From Candidatus Anderseniibacteriota bacterium (GTDB taxonomy: Bacteria > Patescibacteriota > Andersenbacteria > UBA10190): a DNA stretch of 64,000 nt. The notes beneath the pieces were generated by a model. The model ran no database searches, was not told where the DNA came from, and saw only the letters and a list, made by a program, of their open reading frames with translations. Below, piece after piece: positions 58,228-64,000 of the stretch (its first letter is position 1; every line of letters starts with the position of its first letter). The position numbers and the translations under genes were made by a program. The stretch spans positions 19,172 through 83,171 of the forward strand of contig DATDYZ010000001.1 of the NCBI GenBank assembly GCA_035288905.1. Reading direction: 5' to 3'.

Positions 58228-58788
58228 ATGCTTAAGCGCGTCATCTTTTTAGATCGCGATGGAACGCTGAACGTTGACCATGGATATGTGCACTCACGCG
58301 AACAGTGGGAGTGGGTGCCTGGTGCACTGGATGCATGTAAACAACTCCAAGATGCAGGGTATACGCTTGCAGTGATAACGAATCAATCCGGCATTGCCCA
58401 TGGCTTATATACAGAAGAAGCGATGCATGAGTTGCATCGATATATGAGATTGGAATTGGATCAGTATGGCGTGCATCTTGCGATGATTGCATTTTGTCCG
58501 CATGCTAGAAGCCAGACAGATTGCGATTGCAGAAAACCTCATATAGGGATGGCAAAACAAATTGAGGCAAAAATTGGTGAAATTGACTATGCAAATAGTT
58601 GGACAGTAGGTGATAAAGAAGCTGATTTGTTATTTGGCAAAACTGCAGGAACAAAAACGGCATTGATACGAAGTAAGTATTGGGAAGAAGGCAAACTAAC
58701 GGTACAACCTGATATGGTTGTTGATTCTCTGGAACAGGCGGCAGTTAGTATCACCTCTTCCCAATTGGGGAGAGGTCGCTCTGTATGA
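58228..58788 (+). CDS. gmhB: Heptose-1,7-bisphosphate phosphatase, copy 2
   Basis: FLDRDGTLN, TNQSGI, CPH...CDCRKP; C-terminus runs into a family B repeat. Confidence 0.93.
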   Translation: MLKRVIFLDRDGTLNVDHGYVHSREQWEWVPGALDACKQLQDAGYTLAVITNQSGIAHGLYTEEAMHELHRYMRLELDQYGVHLAMIAFCPHARSQTDCDCRKPHIGMAKQIEAKIGEIDYANSWTVGDKEADLLFGKTAGTKTALIRSKYWEEGKLTVQPDMVVDSLEQAAVSITSSQLGRGRSV

Positions 58789-58939
58789 GCGAAGCGAATT
58801 AAAGAGCGGGAGAGGGCAACCCAAAGCGCAACGACAGCCCTCCAGCCTTCGCTGAAGCTATGGCCGGCAAAGCACCCTTTTACCCCACTGCGTCCCGCGT
58901 AGCTCGCAAGCGAAGTGGGATATGGGTAGAGGGGAACTA
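58754..58939. repeat. Family B doublet carrying three nested mini-elements
   Basis: Same arms and spacer as 61430, with inserts near 58777-58808, 58842-58872 and 58888-58922. Confidence 0.8.
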
Positions 58940-58980
58940 TGCACTTCCCTATATTTTATTTTTTATATACTATTATATCT

Positions 58981-59493
58981 ATGGAACTTCCACATCATTG
59001 GAGAAAAGAGAAAATTTTAACCCTGGAAGAAGCAGCAAAAAAGTCTGCGGAACTTCGAGCACAAGGAAAGACAATCGTAAGCCATAACGGGTCTTATGAC
59101 CTACTTCACGGCGGGCATTTAGACATGCTTGAAGAAGCAAAGCAACAGGGCGATATTCTTATTGTTGGAATAAACACGGACGTTTCTATCCGTGATGCAA
59201 AGGGCCCTACTCGTCCTATTATTGGTGTAGAAAATCGTGCGGCTATGCTTGCTGCACTTATTTGCGTCGATTATGTAACAGTGATGGATGGGGCGTACAA
59301 CGAGGAGCCACAAGGTTCGTTTATACCTGCTATTAAGCCGCACATTCATGTGAATGGTGAAGAATACGGGCCAGAAGAAAAGTGGATTGAATACGGTGCA
59401 ATGCAAGCATGTGGAGCGAAGGGATACTCGGTAGGACGCAGACCAAACCTTTCAACCTCAGACATCATCAAGAAGATTCAATCGGAAGTATGA
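58981..59493 (+). CDS. rfaE2: Heptose-1-phosphate adenylyltransferase (RfaE2/HldC)
   Basis: NGSYDLLHGGH, GINTD.S, KGPTRP, STS.II. Confidence 0.9.
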   Translation: MELPHHWRKEKILTLEEAAKKSAELRAQGKTIVSHNGSYDLLHGGHLDMLEEAKQQGDILIVGINTDVSIRDAKGPTRPIIGVENRAAMLAALICVDYVTVMDGAYNEEPQGSFIPAIKPHIHVNGEEYGPEEKWIEYGAMQACGAKGYSVGRRPNLSTSDIIKKIQSEV

Positions 59494-60551
59494 TTGTCGT
59501 AACTGGCGCAGCAGGGTTCATTGGAAGTGCTACGGTGTGGGCACTTAATCAAAAAGGCCGAGAAGATATTATTATTGTGGATGAGATAATTGATAACCCG
59601 ATTCTCCCACCCCCTCCAGCTCCCCCTCGGGCAGGGGGAGAGAACGCGGCGGACGCTTCGCCGAGTAGCGACTCGGCTCGCGAAAAGGAACACAATATCG
59701 GGCATTTGAAGTATGATCAAATGATGGGTATTGCCGATTTTCGAAAGCAATTACTATCAGGAGAACTGGATAGCTTAGGTATAGAAGCAATTATTCATTT
59801 GGGTGCATGCAGCGCAACTACAGAAACAAATTGGGACTATTTGCTGGATAACAACGTGGAGTATACCAAAGATATGATCCGCTGGTGCCAAACGAATAAC
59901 GCTCGGTGCGTGTATGCATCCAGTGCGGCAACATATGGTGATGGAGAGGTAGGGTATGACGATAATCACGACCTATTTGACTCGCTGGTACCGATGAACC
60001 TCTACGGCAAATCAAAGCTGTTAGTTGATATATGGGCGCGAGATGGCGGCTATTTAGATGGGGCAGTTGGTCTTCGATACTTTAACGTATTTGGTCCGAA
60101 TGAATGGCATAAAGGCTCTATGATGAGCGTAGTTGCAAAAAAGTACCCTGAAATTGCCTCTGGCAAACCCATTACGTTGTTTAAGTCGTATGAAAAGGAC
60201 TATGGTGATGGTGAACAAAAACGAGACTTCGTGTATGTAAAAGATGCAGTGAGAGCCACTCTCTTTTTTATGGATAACATGCAACATAATGGAGTGTATA
60301 ACGTGGGTATGGGAATTGCCCGTTCCTGGCTTGATGTTGCCCGCGCCATGTTTGCAGCATCTAGTATTCCAGAAAAGGTAGAGTTTATCGAGATGCCAGA
60401 TAATCTCAAAAACCAATATCAATACTTTACGCAGGCAAATATTAAAAAGTTAGAAGCAACAGGATTTGATATGAGTCAAAATTATTCTTTAGAGAAAGCA
60501 GTGACAGAATATATCCAAGAACATTTAGCTCCTCATAAACACTTAGTATGA
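59490..60551 (+). CDS. hldD: ADP-L-glycero-D-manno-heptose 6-epimerase with in-frame repeat insertion
   Basis: [47 protein letters not shown]. Confidence 0.95.
   Translation: MIVVTGAAGFIGSATVWALNQKGREDIIIVDEIIDNPILPPPPAPPRAGGENAADASPSSDSAREKEHNIGHLKYDQMMGIADFRKQLLSGELDSLGIEAIIHLGACSATTETNWDYLLDNNVEYTKDMIRWCQTNNARCVYASSAATYGDGEVGYDDNHDLFDSLVPMNLYGKSKLLVDIWARDGGYLDGAVGLRYFNVFGPNEWHKGSMMSVVAKKYPEIASGKPITLFKSYEKDYGDGEQKRDFVYVKDAVRATLFFMDNMQHNGVYNVGMGIARSWLDVARAMFAASSIPEKVEFIEMPDNLKNQYQYFTQANIKKLEATGFDMSQNYSLEKAVTEYIQEHLAPHKHLV
59607..59683. repeat. Family B arm plus a second hairpin, in frame in hldD
   Basis: Encodes [26 protein letters not shown]; CCGAGT/ACTCGG hairpin. Confidence 0.8.
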
Positions 60552-61423
60552 AAGGTATTATTTTAGCTGGTGGATCAGGGACAAGATTGTATCCATTAAC
60601 ACGAGCGGTGAGTAAACAATTGCTTCCAGTATACGATAAGCCAATGGTGTATTATCCGCTTTCTACACTGATGCTTTCAGGCATTACGGAGATTTTATTT
60701 ATTTCAACCCCGAAAGATTTGCCTATTTTTGAATCGTTGTTTGGTGATGGATCTAATTTGGGGATGAAATTTAGCTACAAAGTGCAAGAAAAACCAAATG
60801 GTTTACCAGAAGCATTTATATTGGGCGAGGATTTTATCGGGGACGATAGTGTTGCGATGATGCTTGGCGATAATATTTTATATGGAAGTGGGCTCTCGGG
60901 TATTTTAAAGGATGCAAAAGAAAAAGTTGAAACAGACGGCGGGCACATGCTGTTTGGGTATCATGTACCTGATCCAGAGCGTTCTGGAGTGATAGAGTTT
61001 GATGCTGCTGAAACCGTTGTTTCTATTGAAGAAAAACCAAAGAATCCGAAATCGCCTTATGCAATTTTAGGGTTATACTTTTTCGATAACAAGGTTGTTG
61101 AAGTAGCAAAGGGGCTTACGCCGTCTGCCCGTGGAGAACTAGAAATGGTCGATTTGCATAATCACTATTTAGCTGCAGGCAATTTATACGCTACAAAATT
61201 ACCTCGAGGGGTAGCCTGGCTAGATGCGGGGTTGCACTCTTCACTATTGCAGGCGGGTAATTTTGTTCAGATTGTTGAACAGCGCCAAGGATTAAAAATA
61301 GGGTGCATTGAAGAAGTCGCATACCGAATGGGGTATATTACGGCGCAGCAGCTTACTGAAATAGCGCAGGGGTTACTAAAAAGTGGATATGGACAGTATT
61401 TGTTGGATGTCGCTAATGAATAG
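60548..61423 (+). CDS. rfbA: Glucose-1-phosphate thymidylyltransferase
   Basis: [34 protein letters not shown]. Confidence 0.97.
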   Translation: MKGIILAGGSGTRLYPLTRAVSKQLLPVYDKPMVYYPLSTLMLSGITEILFISTPKDLPIFESLFGDGSNLGMKFSYKVQEKPNGLPEAFILGEDFIGDDSVAMMLGDNILYGSGLSGILKDAKEKVETDGGHMLFGYHVPDPERSGVIEFDAAETVVSIEEKPKNPKSPYAILGLYFFDNKVVEVAKGLTPSARGELEMVDLHNHYLAAGNLYATKLPRGVAWLDAGLHSSLLQAGNFVQIVEQRQGLKIGCIEEVAYRMGYITAQQLTEIAQGLLKSGYGQYLLDVANE

Positions 61424-61429
61424 CAGCGA

Positions 61430-61544
61430 TCCCCTCTCCCCAATTGGGGAGAGGGTTAGGGAGAGGGCAACCCACGACGCAACGACAGCCCTCACCCCTG
61501 CCTGCGGGCTAGGCCCTCTCCCCCATATGGGTAGAGGGGAACTA
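61430..61544. repeat. Family B doublet (REPIN-like), intergenic
   Basis: CCCCTCTCCCCAATTGGGGAGAGGG...CGCAACGACAGCCCTCACCC...GGTAGAGGGGAAC. Confidence 0.9.
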
Positions 61545-61588
61545 ACCATTATTGACAATAACAATATAATAGAACATAATATAGCCAT

Positions 61589-62554
61589 ATGGATTACTCA
61601 ATAGTAGTACCCGCTCGTAACGAAGAAGGATCTATTAACGCGTTGTATGAGGCTACAAAGCGTATTTTTGATGCAATGGGAGGTACTTGGGAATTGATTG
61701 TTGTAGATGATGGTAGTACTGATTCTACGTATCAAATTCTTTCCGATATTTGTGACAAGGATGCAAATGTAAAAATAGTTCGGCTTCGCAGAAGTTTTGG
61801 CCAAACCGCAGGATGGTCTGCTGGGTTTTCTGCTGCATCAGGAGATATTGTGATTGTGATGGATGCTGATTTACAAAACGACCCGGAAGACATTCCCGCA
61901 ATGATTAAAAAACTCAAGGATGAAAATTACGATGTTATTTCCGGCTGGAGAAAAGATAGAAAAGATGCCAGTATGTTAAAGGTTGGAAGCAAAATTGGAA
62001 ACTGGGTACGGAGAAAAGTTACGGGAGAAAAAATTCATGATCAAGGGTGCAGCTTAAAAGTATATCGTAAGGAAGCGCTGGAGGATTTAGAACTCTACGG
62101 AGAAATGCATCGCTATATTACCGCGTTGTTAACGTGGAAAGGCTTTAGGGTTGGAGAAATGGTTGTGCGCCATCATGCACGTGCACACGGAAAAACAAAC
62201 TATACTATCCGAAAAAAGTTGAAAGGCTTTTTAGATCTGCTTATTGTAAAGTTTTGGATTCAGTACTCTGCACGGCCGATGCATCTCTTTGGTGCAATTG
62301 GAGTAATTTTTATTGGTGCAGGTTTTTTGCTTGGGAGCACGTTGGGCACTCTGTGGCTGTTTCGCCTTATTTCACTTGCGGGTAGATCAACACCGTTGCT
62401 CGCAGTACTGCTCGTACTCTTAGGGTTTCAGTTTTTACTAGCTGGAGTGCTCGCAGATATAGTTGCGCATACGTATTACGCACAAAAAAAGCCCTACTCT
62501 ATTAAAGAAACAAAAGGGTTTCAGTCTTCGACGGGTTCGACAAGCTCACCGTAA
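61589..62554 (+). CDS. GT2 polyprenyl-phosphate glycosyltransferase (ArnC/GtrB-like)
   Basis: VDDGSTD, FGQTA, MDADLQND, GEMHRY, two C-terminal TMs; TTGACA-N17-CATAAT upstream. Confidence 0.93.
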   Translation: MDYSIVVPARNEEGSINALYEATKRIFDAMGGTWELIVVDDGSTDSTYQILSDICDKDANVKIVRLRRSFGQTAGWSAGFSAASGDIVIVMDADLQNDPEDIPAMIKKLKDENYDVISGWRKDRKDASMLKVGSKIGNWVRRKVTGEKIHDQGCSLKVYRKEALEDLELYGEMHRYITALLTWKGFRVGEMVVRHHARAHGKTNYTIRKKLKGFLDLLIVKFWIQYSARPMHLFGAIGVIFIGAGFLLGSTLGTLWLFRLISLAGRSTPLLAVLLVLLGFQFLLAGVLADIVAHTYYAQKKPYSIKETKGFQSSTGSTSSP

Positions 62555-62569
62555 ACAGCTCAGGATAAA
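62524..62569. repeat. Family D element nested in another family D element
   Basis: GTCTTCG[ACGGGTTCGACAAGCTCACCGT]AAACAGCTCAGGATAAA; encodes SSTGSTSSP and the stop codon. Confidence 0.65.
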
Positions 62570-62574
62570 TAATT

Positions 62575-63723
62575 ATGAATTTATTGCTGATAAATAACGA
62601 ATTTCCTCCTATTGGCGGAGGCGGCTCTACGGTTACAAAATATGCAATCCGCTATCTTGTTCAAATGGGACATACCGTAACCCTTATTACGTCTAGGTAC
62701 GGTAATTTGCCTCATCGAGAAGTTATTGATGGTGCTGCGGTAATTCGTATCCCTGCACTTCGAAGATATAAAGATTATAGTTCTGTGTTTGAGCTTGTGA
62801 TTTTTGGTATATCTGCACTTCTGTATTCTTTTTTCTTTACCCTCAAGTATAAAACTGATTTTACATTTGCTTTTTTTGCCGTGCCCGCAGGTTGGGTAGC
62901 GTGGATACTTTCGTATGTACGAGGTATTCCGTATGGAGTGTATTTTGGAGGGTCGGATATTCCAGGCGCAAACCCGTCTCGTTTTCGTCAGATATATCCG
63001 TTTATTACACCTCTTTTAAAAACGATTTGGAAGCGTGCGTCGTTTCGGTCAGTATGTTCAAAAGATTTACAAGATATTGCACGCCGTCTTGATCCGGCAT
63101 CCGAGTTTCACTATATTCCTAATGGCGTAGAGACAGATAGATTTATGCCAATAGACCGACCAGAAAACCCTAAAGTAAAAATAGTTTTTATTGGTAGGCT
63201 TATTCCACGCAAGGGATTTCATCGAGTGGTACGCGCGCTTCCTAAAGTTCTTACGCTAACACATGTCCCTTTTGAAATTGAAGTGGTGGGTACGGGTGCT
63301 CATCGTGCAGAGTTGGACGACCTTGCAGAGCAATTAGGCGTAAGCCAATTTATTTCCTATATTGGCATGGTGCCATATGACCAATTAGAAAAGTCATACC
63401 AGTATGCAGATATATTTGTGCTGACGTCACTTTCTGAGGGTATGCCTTCTGTAATACTAGAGGCAATGGGTGCTGGGCTTCCTATTATTGCCAGCAATGT
63501 AGGGGGTAATAACGAAATTGTGAAAGAAGGCGAAAATGGATTCCTCATTATGGGTGACGATATTGATTTATTAGCAGATAAAATGGCAGTATTAATTAAC
63601 GACAGTGCTCTGCGCAAACAGATGGGAGCTAAAAGTCGGGAATATGCGATGCAGTACGATTGGAAACATATTATGAACAGGTATAATGAACTGATAATGC
63701 AATATGGCAAAAAACAGCAATAA
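62575..63723 (+). CDS. GT4 glycosyltransferase
   Basis: EFPPIGGG, GRL..RKG, EGMPSVILEAM. Confidence 0.94.
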   Translation: MNLLLINNEFPPIGGGGSTVTKYAIRYLVQMGHTVTLITSRYGNLPHREVIDGAAVIRIPALRRYKDYSSVFELVIFGISALLYSFFFTLKYKTDFTFAFFAVPAGWVAWILSYVRGIPYGVYFGGSDIPGANPSRFRQIYPFITPLLKTIWKRASFRSVCSKDLQDIARRLDPASEFHYIPNGVETDRFMPIDRPENPKVKIVFIGRLIPRKGFHRVVRALPKVLTLTHVPFEIEVVGTGAHRAELDDLAEQLGVSQFISYIGMVPYDQLEKSYQYADIFVLTSLSEGMPSVILEAMGAGLPIIASNVGGNNEIVKEGENGFLIMGDDIDLLADKMAVLINDSALRKQMGAKSREYAMQYDWKHIMNRYNELIMQYGKKQQ

Positions 63724-64000
63724 AAGCGTAGACGTTCCCTTCTCCCCAATTGGGGAGAAGGTGCCTCGCCAGAGCGGGCGGATGAGGGCAGGACACAACG
63801 CTACAACAGCCCTCACCCCAACCCTCTCCCCCCATGGGGAGAGGGGGTCTCGTGATTACTTTACCGGCAAAAAAGTATTAATCACCGGCGGTGCTGGATT
63901 TTTGGGTAGTTCTCTTGCGCAAGTTCTTGTTCTGCTGGGCGCAGAAATTACGATACTAGATGCCATGTTGCCATTGTACGGCGGAAATTTGTTCAACCTA
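63704..64000 (+). CDS. NAD-dependent epimerase/dehydratase, 5' part (runs off the window)
   Basis: DYFTGKKVLITGGAGFLGS; frame is open back through the repeat to ATG 63782 and ATG 63704. Confidence 0.85.
   Translation, partial: MAKNSNKSVDVPFSPIGEKVPRQSGRMRAGHNATTALTPTLSPHGERGSRDYFTGKKVLITGGAGFLGSSLAQVLVLLGAEITILDAMLPLYGGNLFNL
63734..63848. repeat. Family B doublet, in frame in the epimerase N-terminus
   Basis: TTCCCTTCTCCCCAATTGGGGAGAAGG...CAGCCCTCACCCCAACCCTCTCCCCCCATGGGGAGAGGGG. Confidence 0.88.

Noticed and set aside
61383-61604. Short ORFs across family B repeats (also 58860-59087, 18396-18704, 29979-30164)
   Set aside because: Repeat-derived open frames that are not in frame with any recognisable protein.
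1-64000. tRNA, rRNA, prophage, reverse transcriptase/DGR or IS with terminal inverted repeats
   Set aside because: None recognised by eye; tRNAscan-SE and Infernal were not run, so short RNAs could be missed.

Overview
A 64-kb chromosomal window from a small-genome bacterium, very probably Patescibacteria (CPR/Parcubacteria-like): the S10-spc cluster lacks rpmD and most genes have no Shine-Dalgarno (SD) sequence. In order, it holds: the ribosomal protein operon with secY-adk-map; ruvX/yqgF, ispA-like and uppS; a 1004-aa surface protein; galT and a GT2; a tpiA-fba-PfkB-gap-pgk-eno operon; recJ; rnhA and RNase P RNA; a surface-glycan cluster; two RAYT (REP-associated Y1 transposase) loci; murJ; lepA; and a dTDP-rhamnose plus ADP-heptose cluster. 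Three things stand out. (1) Two gene-expression grammars coexist. Most first-in-operon genes look leaderless, with a -10 box 5-9 nt before the start codon. Nine self-contained cassettes instead carry a -35/-10 promoter, a boxA-like leader motif, a purine-rich/SD-like RBS and a long-stem terminator. Two enzymes are present once in each grammar. (2) Each RAYT sits in an array of its own 23-bp palindromes that also bracket a passenger gene: an NYH-type cyclodipeptide synthase at one locus and a SAM methyltransferase at the other. (3) Several families of miniature palindromic elements insert in frame into proteins (LepA, uL22, HldD, RuvX and others), into RNase P RNA, and into each other. One copy still encloses an internally deleted DUF559 endonuclease gene. 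All calls are from reading the sequence by eye; no database searches were run.
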